Below are positions 8,778 through 18,705 of a DNA stretch of 64,000 nt, in pieces. The notes beneath the pieces were generated by a model. The model saw only the letters and a list, made by a program, of their open reading frames with translations. It was not told the origin of the DNA and did not search any database. How positions within the stretch are numbered: the first letter of the stretch is position 1; the number at the start of each line of letters is the position of its first letter. The DNA is from Pseudomonadota bacterium (GTDB taxonomy: Bacteria; Myxococcota_A; UBA796; SXON01). A program made the translations under genes and the position numbers. The stretch covers positions 120,280 to 184,279 of the forward strand of contig JAUXQH010000054.1 of assembly GCA_030685065.1 (NCBI GenBank), in the 5' to 3' direction.

Positions 8778-9532
8778 TCCAAGTCTCGTCGGCCGTCGGC
8801 GGTGTCACCACCCTCACCATCGACCGCCCCGCGGTCCGCAACGCGATCGATCTCGCGACGATCGACGCGCTCCACGCCGCGCTGGACGCCGCGGTGGACG
8901 CCCGTGTCATCGTGCTCACCGGGGCGGGGGACAAGGTGTTCTGCGCCGGGGCGGACCTGGCCCAGGTGGCTGCGGACCCCCTCGGGCGTCGCGTCGCCGC
9001 GGGGTCCTATGCGCGGTTGCTCGGGCGCATCTCCAGCTTCGAGAGGCCCGTGATCGCGCGCCTCAACGGGCATTGCGTGGCGGGCGGCGTGGGGCTGCTC
9101 CTCGCGTGTGATCTCGCCGTGATGGTGGACGACGCGTCGCTCTCCCTGCCGGAGACCGCGGTCGGCATGTGGCCCGCGATGATCGGGGCCTTCCTCCTCC
9201 GTGACCTGCCGCGCAAGCAGGCGATGGAGCTCGCGCTGACGGGGCGCAAGCTGACCGCTCCCGAAGCTGTCGGCCTGGGCCTGGTCAACCGCGCCGTTCC
9301 GCGGGTGGATCTCGACTCCGCCGTCGCTACCTATACGGACGCCATCGTCGCTCGAAGCCCCTCCGCCGCCCGAATCGGCCGTAACGCCTGGCGACAGGCG
9401 GCGGATCTCCCCCTCGACGAAGCGCTCGCGCTCCTGGCTGACCGCCTGGGCGATGTCATGGACACGGAAGACGCCGCCGAGGGATTCGTGTCGTTCCTCG
9501 AGAAGCGCACCCCCACTTGGAAGGACCGCTGA
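8774..9532 (+). CDS. Enoyl-CoA hydratase/isomerase (crotonase) family, candidate methylglutaconyl-CoA hydratase
   Basis: TLTIDRPAVRNAID...VIVLTGAGDKVFCAGADL...ARLNGHCVAGGVGLLLACDL are crotonase oxyanion-hole motifs. ATGA overlap with the BCCP stop. Confidence 0.9.
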   Translation: MIQVSSAVGGVTTLTIDRPAVRNAIDLATIDALHAALDAAVDARVIVLTGAGDKVFCAGADLAQVAADPLGRRVAAGSYARLLGRISSFERPVIARLNGHCVAGGVGLLLACDLAVMVDDASLSLPETAVGMWPAMIGAFLLRDLPRKQAMELALTGRKLTAPEAVGLGLVNRAVPRVDLDSAVATYTDAIVARSPSAARIGRNAWRQAADLPLDEALALLADRLGDVMDTEDAAEGFVSFLEKRTPTWKDR

Positions 9533-10416
9533 TGGACCTCTACGCCCGCCCGAATCAGGATCCCTCCCGCCCGTGCATGGTGACCGCCGCGCTCTCGGGC
9601 GTCGTGGCCAACCGCGCCCAATGCGCGGCCATCCCCTACACCCCCGAAGAATACGCCGCCGAGGCAAAGCGCGCCTACGAGGCCGGCGCCGCCGCGGTGC
9701 ACCTGCACGCCCGCTCGCCCGACGGGGCGCCGAGCTTCGAGGTGGTCGACTACCAGGCGATCCGTGACGCCATCGTGGCGGAATGCCCCGTGATCATCAA
9801 CTTCTCCACCGGCGCGTTGGACGTGTCGATCGAGAAGCGGCTCGCGTACCTCCACGCGGTGAAGCCGGCGGTGGCGGCCCTGAACATGGGGTCGATGAAC
9901 TACGCGAAGTACAACGCGAAGAAGAAGAGCTTCGTGTTCGACTTCGTGTTTCCCAACCCGTTCTCCGAGATCCGCGCGTTGCTCGAGGGCATGAACGCCG
10001 CCGGGATCAAGCCCGAGTGCGAGTGCTTCGACGCGGGCCACGTCGGGAGCCTCTACCCGCTCATCGACATGGGGCTGTTGGCCGCTCCGTTCCAGGTCTC
10101 TCTGATCATGGGTGTCATCGGCGGGGTGCCCGGTACGGTGGCCCAACTGATGCGACAAGTGGAGTCCCTCCCGCCGAACAGCGATTGGGAGGTCATCGCC
10201 CTCTCCCTCGATCAGTGGCGGTTGCTCGCGGCCGGAGCGTCGATGGGGGGCAATGTGCGCGTCGGATTGGAGGACAACTTCTACCTCTCGCCGGGGCAGA
10301 TGGCGGCCTCCAACGGAGACCTGGTGGCCAAGGCGGTGCGCATGATCCGGGACCAGGGGCGGGAGATCGCGACCGTGGACCAATGCCGCGATCGCTTGGG
10401 CCTCGTGCATCGGTAA
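9532..10416 (+). CDS. BKACE family enzyme (3-keto-5-aminohexanoate cleavage enzyme-like, DUF849)
   Basis: MVTAALSGVV...IPYTPEEYAAEAKRAYEAGAAAVHLHAR..DG.PS...NFSTG...AALNMGSMN is typical BKACE. ATG 9532 overlaps the hydratase stop (TGATG). Alternative upstream start at 9517. Confidence 0.85.
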   Translation: MDLYARPNQDPSRPCMVTAALSGVVANRAQCAAIPYTPEEYAAEAKRAYEAGAAAVHLHARSPDGAPSFEVVDYQAIRDAIVAECPVIINFSTGALDVSIEKRLAYLHAVKPAVAALNMGSMNYAKYNAKKKSFVFDFVFPNPFSEIRALLEGMNAAGIKPECECFDAGHVGSLYPLIDMGLLAAPFQVSLIMGVIGGVPGTVAQLMRQVESLPPNSDWEVIALSLDQWRLLAAGASMGGNVRVGLEDNFYLSPGQMAASNGDLVAKAVRMIRDQGREIATVDQCRDRLGLVHR

Positions 10417-10425
10417 GGAGCGAGG

Positions 10426-11535
10426 ATGAGAGAATTCGACGTCCTCGTCATCGGTGGGGGCCTCAACGGGCTCTGCGCCGCGTGGTGGCTGCTCCGGCGC
10501 GGGGTGAAGCGGGTCGGCCTCGTCGAGCGCTTCACGCTCGGCCACGACCACGGATCCTCCCATGGCGCCTCGCGGATCACGCGCTCCGCCTACGCGGACG
10601 CCGTGTACGTGCGGTTGATGCAGGTCGCGCACGCGGAGGCCTGGCCCGCGCTCGAGGCCGATGCCGCCACCCGGCTGATCCATCGTCGGGACGCCTGCCT
10701 TTTCGGGCCCAACGGCGGTCCCTTTCAGGACTACCTCGACGCGCTCGCGGGGATCGACGTCGACGTCGAGACCCTCGATCCGGCGGAGGCTCGCCGTCGC
10801 TTCCCGGTGTTCCGTTTTCCCGGAGACCTCGGCGTGCTGCACGATCGCACGGCCGGGATCGTCGCCGCCGCCGACACGATCGCCGCGTTGGCGCGGATCG
10901 TGCGCGCGGGGGCCACGGTGATCGAGGGCGCCACGGTGCTCGGGGTCGATCCTATCTCGCGGGTGGTCGACACCCAGGATGGCCCGCTGCGGGCGGAGCG
11001 AATCATCGTGACCGCCGGCGCTTGGGCGGGGCGCCTCCTGCCCGGGTTGGCAGGCCGCCTGACCCCCGTCCGGCAGACGGTGGTGCACCTCGCGGTCGAC
11101 GGGGATGCGGCAGCGTTCCCGCTGTGGGCGTGGCGGGGCCTCGGGGACTTCTATTATGGCCTCCCGTCGTTTCAGCGGCCCGGCATCAAGGCGGCGAAGC
11201 ACGTGCTCGACGGCCCCCCCGCGTTGGATCCCGACGCGCCGGTCGACGCACCGGAGACGCGGGACGTCCTCGCGTTCCTCGAGGAGCACCTGGTCTCGCC
11301 GCCGCGCGAGGTGCTCGCGACGGAGCGGTGCCTGTACACAGTGACCGATGACGAGGACTTCGTCCTCGACCACCACCCGGCGTCCGCGGCGGTCACGGTG
11401 GGCGCGGGTTTTTCGGGCCACGGCTTCAAGTTCGGGCCGTTGACCGGGCGGATCCTGGCCGAGCTCTGCCTGGACGGAGAGACGACCGTGGCGCCGTTCG
11501 AGGCAGCCAGGGCGCGGTTTGGGTGGGGCGCGTAG
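10426..11535 (+). CDS. FAD-dependent oxidoreductase, monomeric sarcosine oxidase / N-methyltryptophan oxidase (MSOX/MTOX)-like
   Basis: FDVLVIGGGLNGLCAAWWL is a dinucleotide-binding motif. HGASRITR and GFSGHGFKFGPLTG are as in the MSOX/SolA family. Confidence 0.85.
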   Translation: MREFDVLVIGGGLNGLCAAWWLLRRGVKRVGLVERFTLGHDHGSSHGASRITRSAYADAVYVRLMQVAHAEAWPALEADAATRLIHRRDACLFGPNGGPFQDYLDALAGIDVDVETLDPAEARRRFPVFRFPGDLGVLHDRTAGIVAAADTIAALARIVRAGATVIEGATVLGVDPISRVVDTQDGPLRAERIIVTAGAWAGRLLPGLAGRLTPVRQTVVHLAVDGDAAAFPLWAWRGLGDFYYGLPSFQRPGIKAAKHVLDGPPALDPDAPVDAPETRDVLAFLEEHLVSPPREVLATERCLYTVTDDEDFVLDHHPASAAVTVGAGFSGHGFKFGPLTGRILAELCLDGETTVAPFEAARARFGWGA

Positions 11536-11645
11536 GGCCGTCTCCCGAACGCTCCTCGGGCAGCGACAATCGGAGACGCAGGCGCGACACGGGTGTACGT
11601 CGTTAGACGAAACCGGAAATACACGGTTGCAACGAACGTGTCATT

Positions 11646-14600
11646 ATGCGGTACCTCAGGCGGGCCTTGACTATCCATGAAAAAGTAGATCACGGCGGGG
11701 TGGGAAGTCTCCGAATAGGGCTCCTCATCGCGGTTGCCTATGTCGGTGCGGAAAGTCTAGGTTGGATACTTGGTTTGTCGCCAGGGTACGCTACGCCCCT
11801 ACGTCCAGCCGCCGGCGTGGCGCTCGCGGCGCTGCTGATCGCGGGCGGGCGCCGATGGCCCGGCGTATGGCTGGGCGCCTTCGCGTTCAATCTCTGGCTC
11901 GACACATCCGCCTCGGGGGCCGCCTTCGCCGCGCTCACCGCCGCCGGTTGCACGCTCCAGGCGTTCGTGGGCGCTCGGCTCACGCGGCTGTTCTTCGTGC
12001 GTCAGCCTCCGCTCGCCCGCGAACGCGACATCTGGCGCTTCCTCGTGCTGGGCGGGCCGCTGGCATGCGCCCTCTCGGCTTCCGCCGGCGTGGGGGCCAT
12101 GCTGGCGCTCGGTCGGCTGCCCGTGGCCGACGCCCCGGCCCGGTGGTTGGCCTGGTGGTCCGGCGACACCCTCGGGGTCCTGCTCCTCGCGCCGCTGGTG
12201 CTCGCCGCCTGGCCTTCCGGCCCGCTGCACACGCGCGGGGGTCGGAGGCTCTGGCTGCCCCTCGTGATCGCCTGCGGATTGCTCGTCTCGGCCGGCTACC
12301 TTCTGAGGCGTTTCGAAAAGGAGCGCGCTCACGTGGCCGCGATCGCCGCCATGCAGGAGGTGTACGACACCCGATTCCCCACGCTGCCGAAGTTCATCGG
12401 CGCGATGGAGGGCATCGAGCGCCTGTTCGCGGTCAGCGACGACGTGTCCCGCGAGGAGTTCGCCGCGTTCACGAGGTACATCGTGCGGCAGCCGGGCGTG
12501 CTCGCCGTCGAGTGGGCGCCCCGCGTCCCGGGGGACGGCCGGGAAGCCTTCGAGGCGACCCTGCGGGCCGCCTGGGGCGACTTCGATGAGGTCACCGAGA
12601 TCTCCGCGGAGGGGCGGGTCAGCCCCGCCGGCACCCGCTCGGTGTACTTCCCGGTGCTGTTTGCCGAACCACCGACGGGCGCGGTCAGCCTGCCGGGTGT
12701 GGACCTGGGCTCGGAGGGGCTCCGGCGGGAGGCGATGGACCGGGCGCGGGACACCGGCTTGGGTGCCGCCGCCGGGCCGGTCTCCCTGATCCAGACGGGT
12801 CGGCTGGGCGTACCCGTTTTCCTGTCGGTGTCTCGATCCGGCTTCACCGCCGAGGGCGCCACCGTCGAGCAGCGCCGCGACGCCCTCCGTGGGTTCGTGG
12901 GGGGGGTCTTCGACGTTTCGGAGGCCCTCGCGGACCTGTCGGCGGATGCGGCGAGGCGCGGGCTCGAGTTTCGGGTGATCGACCTCACGGACGGGGCGCC
13001 CGGGCAGATCCTGGCTGGAGCGCTGCACCGAGACACGGCGCCGCCGTGGCAGACAGACGTGGAGTTCGCCGGGCGGTCCTGGCGTGTGGAGATGCAGACC
13101 GTCTCTCCGCTCCGGCCGGGTGACGCGAGCCCGCTGGCCCTGGCGCTGGGCGTCGTCTCGGCGGTGGTCGCCTTCCTCGTCGCGTTCGCCACGCTCGGGG
13201 CGGCCGGGCGGACGGACGTGATTCGCGCGGAGGTGGCCGCACGGACGGCCGACCTCGAACGCGAGCTCAGGGCACGGCACGCGGCGGAGCAGGATCTCGA
13301 CGTCACGCTGCGCTCGATCGGCGATGCGGTCCTCACGACCGACTCCGAGGGGCGCATCACGCGGTTGAACCCGATCGCCGAGGGCCTCACGGGCTGGTCG
13401 GAGGGGGAAGCGGTCGGTCGGCCGGTCGACGACGTGTTTCGGATCATCCACGAAGAGACGCGGGAGCCCGCCGTCGTGCCGGTGCAGGACGTTCTGCGGA
13501 CGGGCAGGACACAGGGCCTGGCGAACCACACGGCGGTGATCGCGCGGGACGGAAGCGAGCGTGCCATCGCCGACAGCGCCGCGCCCATCCGGGGCCCCGA
13601 CGGCCGGACGCGCGGGGTCGTGCTCGTGTTTCGTGATGTCGGAGAGGAACACGCGTCCAAGCGCGCCCTCCAAGCGAGCCGCGAGGAGCTGCGCCTGCTC
13701 AACACCAGCCTGGAGCGGATCGTGCAGGAGCGCACTCGCGCGCTCTCCTCCAGCGAACGCTTCAATCGCGAGCTGTTCGAGTTTGCCCCCGACGCGATCC
13801 TGATGATCGCCGCGAATGGCACCGTCGTGCGGGTGAATCGGCAGGCGGAGGCGCTCTTCGGCTGGCCCCGCGCCGAGGTGAAGGGGCGCTCGGTCGAGAT
13901 CCTCATGCCCCGAGCCAGGCTGGGGCCCTCCGCCGGGCCGTGGCCGGACGCGTCGCCGTCCTCGCCGCTCGGGGCCTGGCCCGGCCGCGAGGGGCTCCTC
14001 GGGCTCCGGAGGGACGGAAGCACCTTCCCGATCGAGATCAGCGTGGCGCCGATGGACACCGATCGGGGCCCGGTTGTCGTCGCCGCCGTTCGGGACGTGA
14101 CGGAGCGCGTGCGCGCCGAAACCGCGCTCCTCGAGAGCCGGCAGCGCCACAACGACACGCTCGACACGATGCGCGAGGGCACGCAGATCATCGGGTTCGA
14201 CTGGCGTTACCTGTATGCGAACGATGCCGTCGCGCGGCAGGGGGGCGTTCCGAAGGAAGAGCTGCTCGGTCGCACCATGATGGAGGCCTTCCCCGGCATC
14301 GAGGACCTGCCGTGGTTCGCACGCCTGCGCCGCTGCATGGTCGATCGGGTGGCCGACCGGTGGAACAACGAGTTCACGCGACCGGACGGAGCCCGCGGCG
14401 GGTTCGACCTGCGAGTGCAGCCGGTTCGCGAGGGGATCTTCGTCCTTTCGTTGGACATCACCGAGCGGATGCAGGCGGACGAGAGGATGACCGAGCACAA
14501 TCGAGCCATCGACGCCGAGCGTGGCCTGCTCGCGCAGCGGGTGGCCGAGGCCACGCGGGACCTGCAGGCCGCCAACGGCGACCTCGAGCGGGCCAAGTCG

Positions 14601-16550
14601 GACGCCGAGCAGGCCAGCCGAGCCAAGTCGGCGTTCCTGGCCGCGATGAGCCATGAGATCCGAACCCCGATGAATGGGGTCGTCGGCATGGTCGAGGTGC
14701 TTGCGCGAGGGGAGCTCGCGCCGCACCAGACCAACATCGTCCGGACCATCTGCGATTCCGCGTTCTCGTTGCTCCGCGTCGTGGACGACATCCTCGATTT
14801 CTCCAAGATCGAGGCGGGACGGTTGGAATTGGAGCGCGCTCCGGTTTCCGTGCTGGAGGTGGTCGAGGCGGTGTCCGCGTCGCTCGTGCCCCTGGCCGAG
14901 TCCAAGGGCGTCGACCTGTACCTGTTCGTCGGGCCCTCGGTGCCGGTCGCGATCTGGACCGACGTCACGCGGCTGCGGCAGATCCTGAACAATCTGATCG
15001 GAAACGCCATCAAGTTCAGCGGCAGCGGCGCCGAGCGGGGGCGTGTGGCAGTCCGTGTCGAGGTCCGGGAGGACAAGCCGGCACGGCTCGTCCTGCAGGT
15101 CTCCGACAACGGCATCGGCATGTCACCCGCGATGCAGGCGCAGCTCTTCGAGCCCTTTTTCCAGGGGGAGCTCTCCACCACGCGGCGCTTCGGAGGGACG
15201 GGGCTCGGACTGGTCATCTGCAAGCGCATCGTGGAGGTGATGCAAGGCGAGATCACGGTGAAGAGCGCCCCTGGCGCCGGGTCCGTCTTCACCGTGAGCC
15301 TGCCGATCGAGAGCGCGGTCGGCCAGGGCGCGGAGCCGTTCCCCGAGCTCCCCAACCTGGACTGCATCCTCCTGGAAGACTCCGAGATCTCCGTGGACGA
15401 TCTACAGATCTACCTCGAATCGGCGGGCGCGCGCGTACACCGGGCTTCCGGGCAGGACGACGCGGCGAGGCAGGCGGCGACTCTCCCGCGGGCGGTCGTG
15501 ATCCATGACGTAGGTCGCGTGCGCCCCTCCGCGGACGAGCTCCATGCCGTGTTCCCCGCGTCCCTGGACACCGGTCACCTGCTGATTGCCCGCGGAAGTC
15601 GCGTGCCGCTCCAGGTAGAGGCCGGCGTGGTCACGGTCGACGGCAACGCCCTGCGACGAGGCCCGTTCCTGCGCGCGGTCGCGGTGGCCGCGGGGCGCGC
15701 CTCACCCGAGGTCGTGCAGGAGGCGGGAGACTGGCGGCTGGACGAAGGCGCCGCTTCGCCGGACATCGCAGTCGCCCGGGCCGAGGGCCGCCTCATCCTC
15801 GTCGCCGAGGACGACCTGGTGAACCAGAAGGTCATCCTGTATCAGCTGGCGCTCCTCGGCCATACGGCGGAGCTCGCCGGTGACGGCGCCGAGGCGCTGC
15901 GCTTGTGGCGGGAGGGGAGCTACGGGCTCCTGTTCACCGATCTCCACATGCCCGAGATGGACGGATACGAGCTCGCGACCGCCATTCGCCGCGAGGAGGG
16001 AGGGGCGCCGCCGATGCCGATCCTGGCGCTCACGGCGAACGCGCTCCGCGGGGAGGAGACCCGGGCGCTCGCGATCGGGATGCAGGCGTACTTGACCAAG
16101 CCGGTTCGGCTCGAGGCGCTACGTGCCGTGTTGGACCGGTGGTTGCCGTCCGCTTCCGGTCCGGGGGCGTCGCCGCCCGAGCGGGCGGACGTGGTGGCGC
16201 CCACCGTCCGTCACCCCGTGGACGTCGACGTGCTGCGCGCCCTGGTCGGCGGCGACGAGGCGACGGTACGCGATCTGCTGTCCGAGTACCTGGTCGCCGC
16301 TCGTCTCTCCGATGCCGAGCTCCAATTGGGGCTCGCGGCGGACGATGTACGGAGCGTCGCGTCCACCGCGCACAAGCTCAAGTCCGCCTCTCGGTCGGTC
16401 GGGGCGATTCCACTGGCCGACGCGTGCGTCGCGCTCGAAAACGCGTGCGCTTCCCGACACAACGCCGGGATCCAGCGCTGGGTGGCGCTGATCCGGGTGT
16501 TGCTCGCGGAGGTCGGGAAGGCCATCACCTCGTTCTTGAACACACCATGA
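11646..16550 (+). CDS. Unorthodox hybrid sensor histidine kinase: MASE1 - CHASE - TM - 3x PAS - HisKA - HATPase - pseudo-REC - REC - HPt
   Basis: MASE1-like N-terminus (PAAGVALAALL..G.R.WPGVWLG..., WWSGDTLGVLLLAPL). CHASE block (REEFAAFTRYIVRQPGVLAVEWAPRV...SVYFPVLFAEP...GVDLGSE..RREAMDRARDTG). PAS repeats, H-box SAFLAAMSHEIRTPMNG, G-boxes DNGIGM and GGTGLGL, REC (LVAEDD...FTDLHMPEMDG...LTKP) and HPt (TAHKLKSASRSVG). Confidence 0.92.
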   Translation: MRYLRRALTIHEKVDHGGVGSLRIGLLIAVAYVGAESLGWILGLSPGYATPLRPAAGVALAALLIAGGRRWPGVWLGAFAFNLWLDTSASGAAFAALTAAGCTLQAFVGARLTRLFFVRQPPLARERDIWRFLVLGGPLACALSASAGVGAMLALGRLPVADAPARWLAWWSGDTLGVLLLAPLVLAAWPSGPLHTRGGRRLWLPLVIACGLLVSAGYLLRRFEKERAHVAAIAAMQEVYDTRFPTLPKFIGAMEGIERLFAVSDDVSREEFAAFTRYIVRQPGVLAVEWAPRVPGDGREAFEATLRAAWGDFDEVTEISAEGRVSPAGTRSVYFPVLFAEPPTGAVSLPGVDLGSEGLRREAMDRARDTGLGAAAGPVSLIQTGRLGVPVFLSVSRSGFTAEGATVEQRRDALRGFVGGVFDVSEALADLSADAARRGLEFRVIDLTDGAPGQILAGALHRDTAPPWQTDVEFAGRSWRVEMQTVSPLRPGDASPLALALGVVSAVVAFLVAFATLGAAGRTDVIRAEVAARTADLERELRARHAAEQDLDVTLRSIGDAVLTTDSEGRITRLNPIAEGLTGWSEGEAVGRPVDDVFRIIHEETREPAVVPVQDVLRTGRTQGLANHTAVIARDGSERAIADSAAPIRGPDGRTRGVVLVFRDVGEEHASKRALQASREELRLLNTSLERIVQERTRALSSSERFNRELFEFAPDAILMIAANGTVVRVNRQAEALFGWPRAEVKGRSVEILMPRARLGPSAGPWPDASPSSPLGAWPGREGLLGLRRDGSTFPIEISVAPMDTDRGPVVVAAVRDVTERVRAETALLESRQRHNDTLDTMREGTQIIGFDWRYLYANDAVARQGGVPKEELLGRTMMEAFPGIEDLPWFARLRRCMVDRVADRWNNEFTRPDGARGGFDLRVQPVREGIFVLSLDITERMQADERMTEHNRAIDAERGLLAQRVAEATRDLQAANGDLERAKSDAEQASRAKSAFLAAMSHEIRTPMNGVVGMVEVLARGELAPHQTNIVRTICDSAFSLLRVVDDILDFSKIEAGRLELERAPVSVLEVVEAVSASLVPLAESKGVDLYLFVGPSVPVAIWTDVTRLRQILNNLIGNAIKFSGSGAERGRVAVRVEVREDKPARLVLQVSDNGIGMSPAMQAQLFEPFFQGELSTTRRFGGTGLGLVICKRIVEVMQGEITVKSAPGAGSVFTVSLPIESAVGQGAEPFPELPNLDCILLEDSEISVDDLQIYLESAGARVHRASGQDDAARQAATLPRAVVIHDVGRVRPSADELHAVFPASLDTGHLLIARGSRVPLQVEAGVVTVDGNALRRGPFLRAVAVAAGRASPEVVQEAGDWRLDEGAASPDIAVARAEGRLILVAEDDLVNQKVILYQLALLGHTAELAGDGAEALRLWREGSYGLLFTDLHMPEMDGYELATAIRREEGGAPPMPILALTANALRGEETRALAIGMQAYLTKPVRLEALRAVLDRWLPSASGPGASPPERADVVAPTVRHPVDVDVLRALVGGDEATVRDLLSEYLVAARLSDAELQLGLAADDVRSVASTAHKLKSASRSVGAIPLADACVALENACASRHNAGIQRWVALIRVLLAEVGKAITSFLNTP

Positions 16551-17794
16551 ACCCCCATCCCCGCACACGATTGGATTCCGATGGCCGGAGGCTCCAGATG
16601 AAAATATTGATCGTGGACGACGAGCCGTTTGCGCTGAAGCTGGTGGTGCGGCAGTTGGCCACCAAGGGGTTCACGGACGTGGTCCCGTGTCAGCGCGCTT
16701 TGGACGCGCTGGCCGTGCTCGCGGCCGATGGCGACGCGATCGAGCTGGTCATCTGCGATCTACAGATGCCCGACATGGATGGCGTGCAGCTCGTGCGACA
16801 CCTCGCCGAGATCGCATATGGCGGGAGTCTCGTGCTGATCAGCGGCGAGGACGGGCGAATACTCGAAACTGCGGCCAGACTTGCCCGGGCCCACCAGCTC
16901 CAGTTGATCGGGGCGTTGCACAAGCCCGTCACGGCGGACCAATTCACGAGGGTGCTGGAACGTCATCGGTCGCGGATGCCGCCGATTCGCACGGCCCGCC
17001 CGAAGGTGTACGGACGGGACGAACTGCATCGTGGGATTGCGGCGGGGGAGCTCGTCAACCACTACCAACCGAAGGTACATGTCGCCTCGGGTGCGGTGCT
17101 GGGCGTCGAGAGCCTGGTGCGCTGGCAGCACCCACAGGACGGCCTGGTTCTTCCAGACCAGTTCGTAGACACCGCGGAGCAGCACGGGCTCATCGACGCG
17201 CTCACCAGCTCGGTGCTGACCGCGGCGCTGCGGCAGGCCCGTGTGTGGCGCGACGATGGCCTCGACCTCGACATGGCGGTCAACGTCTCGATGGACAACC
17301 TCGCCAACCTGCAGTTTCCCGAGCTCGTCGCGGGTGTCGCCCAGGCGGAGGGGGTCCCGCTGACCCAGCTCGTGATCGAGGTGACCGAGAGCCGGCTGAT
17401 GCCCGATGCGCGCGCACCGTTGGACATCCTCACGCGCCTCCGGTTGAAGCGCGTGCAGCTCTCCGTGGACGATTTCGGGACCGGGCACTCCTCCCTCGCC
17501 CAGCTCCGCGACTTCCCCTTCGACGAGCTCAAGATCGACCGTACCTTCGTCCACGGCGCATGCCGCGACCCCTCGCTCCGCGCGATCTTCGACGCGAGCC
17601 GCCGGATGGCTCGGGACCTGGGAATGAAGGTCGTCGCGGAGGGGGTCGAGGACCGTGCCGATTGGGATCTCCTGCGCGCGACCGACTGCGACATGGCACA
17701 GGGCAACTTCATCGCAGCGCCGATGCCGGCGTCCGAGTTCGACCGCTGGGTTGCGAGTTGGGACGGGCAACGGAAGGGGCTTTTCTCGTATTAG
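16547..17794 (+). CDS. Response regulator with EAL domain (REC-EAL c-di-GMP phosphodiesterase, RocR/VieA-like architecture)
   Basis: REC is MKILIVDDEPF...CDLQMPDMDG...HKP. EAL-domain motifs are YQPKV, ESLVRW, NVS, EVTES, DDFGTGHSSL, KIDR, EGVE and QG. The ATG at 16547 overlaps the kinase stop (ATGA). Confidence 0.9.
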   Translation: MNPHPRTRLDSDGRRLQMKILIVDDEPFALKLVVRQLATKGFTDVVPCQRALDALAVLAADGDAIELVICDLQMPDMDGVQLVRHLAEIAYGGSLVLISGEDGRILETAARLARAHQLQLIGALHKPVTADQFTRVLERHRSRMPPIRTARPKVYGRDELHRGIAAGELVNHYQPKVHVASGAVLGVESLVRWQHPQDGLVLPDQFVDTAEQHGLIDALTSSVLTAALRQARVWRDDGLDLDMAVNVSMDNLANLQFPELVAGVAQAEGVPLTQLVIEVTESRLMPDARAPLDILTRLRLKRVQLSVDDFGTGHSSLAQLRDFPFDELKIDRTFVHGACRDPSLRAIFDASRRMARDLGMKVVAEGVEDRADWDLLRATDCDMAQGNFIAAPMPASEFDRWVASWDGQRKGLFSY

Positions 17795-18705
17795 GAGCGT
17801 TCGGTCCCGGCCAGGAAACGTGCGGCGACGACCACTGCCCATGCCAGCGCTCCGGCCACGAGCGCCGCGCTCACGATGCGCCAGCCCTGCCGTATCGTGC
17901 CACCACCCAGGGTGTTTTGGGGATCTCCCAACTGATAGTGCCCGGGCTTCTCCAGACGAACGCCCAGCAATCCTGCCATCGCCGCCATCGGCCACCCGGC
18001 GTTGGGGCTCTCCGTCTTCGTCGCGTCGCGTCGCATCACTCGCCATCCGCCGCGCACATCGGCGCCCACGAGCCCCCCGCCCACCAGCAGGAGCAGCGCG
18101 GTCAGCCGGGCCGGCACGAGGTTCAGCGCATCGTCCAGCCGCGCGGCGGCCTTGCCCAGCCACTCGTAGCGGCCGTGGTAGCCGATCATGGAGTCCATCG
18201 TGTTGGCGGCGCGGTAGAACACGATGCCCGGCAGCCCCAGCAGCGCGTACCAGAACAGCGGGGCGACGATGCTGTCCGACGCGTTCTCCGCGAGCGATTC
18301 CGTGGCACCGGCGATGAGCTCCGGAAACACGAGCGTCGAAGGATCCCGGCTGCACAAGCTTCGTAGCCCCTCGCGCGCTCCGGCCAGGTCATCCGCCTCC
18401 ACCGCGTCCGCCACGACCGCCCCCGCCCTTCCGAGCGCGCGGATCGCGAAGCACCCCTTCAGCAGCAGCGCCCCGCCGATCACGTCGAGCACGGGCACCC
18501 GGGAGACCCCCCACCCGACGGCCGCGAACAGGAGGGGGATGAGGAGCGCCATGCCGAGCCCGTAGACGAACTGACCTCGCACGGGAGCCCGCGCCTCGGC
18601 CGCGCGGATGACCGTCCCGATCCAGACCACCGGGTGCCATCGGTTCGGGTACTCGCCGACCCAGCGGTCGAGCGCGAGCGCGAGGATCAGGACGAGAGCG
18701 TGCAC
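17791..18705 (-). CDS. cbiB: Adenosylcobinamide-phosphate synthase CbiB (P. denitrificans CobD)
   Basis: MHALVLILALALDRWVGEYPNRWHPVVWIG... plus a polytopic membrane protein of the expected length. Its stop overlaps the convergent REC-EAL stop (TTAG). Confidence 0.92.
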   Translation of the reverse strand: MHALVLILALALDRWVGEYPNRWHPVVWIGTVIRAAEARAPVRGQFVYGLGMALLIPLLFAAVGWGVSRVPVLDVIGGALLLKGCFAIRALGRAGAVVADAVEADDLAGAREGLRSLCSRDPSTLVFPELIAGATESLAENASDSIVAPLFWYALLGLPGIVFYRAANTMDSMIGYHGRYEWLGKAAARLDDALNLVPARLTALLLLVGGGLVGADVRGGWRVMRRDATKTESPNAGWPMAAMAGLLGVRLEKPGHYQLGDPQNTLGGGTIRQGWRIVSAALVAGALAWAVVVAARFLAGTERS

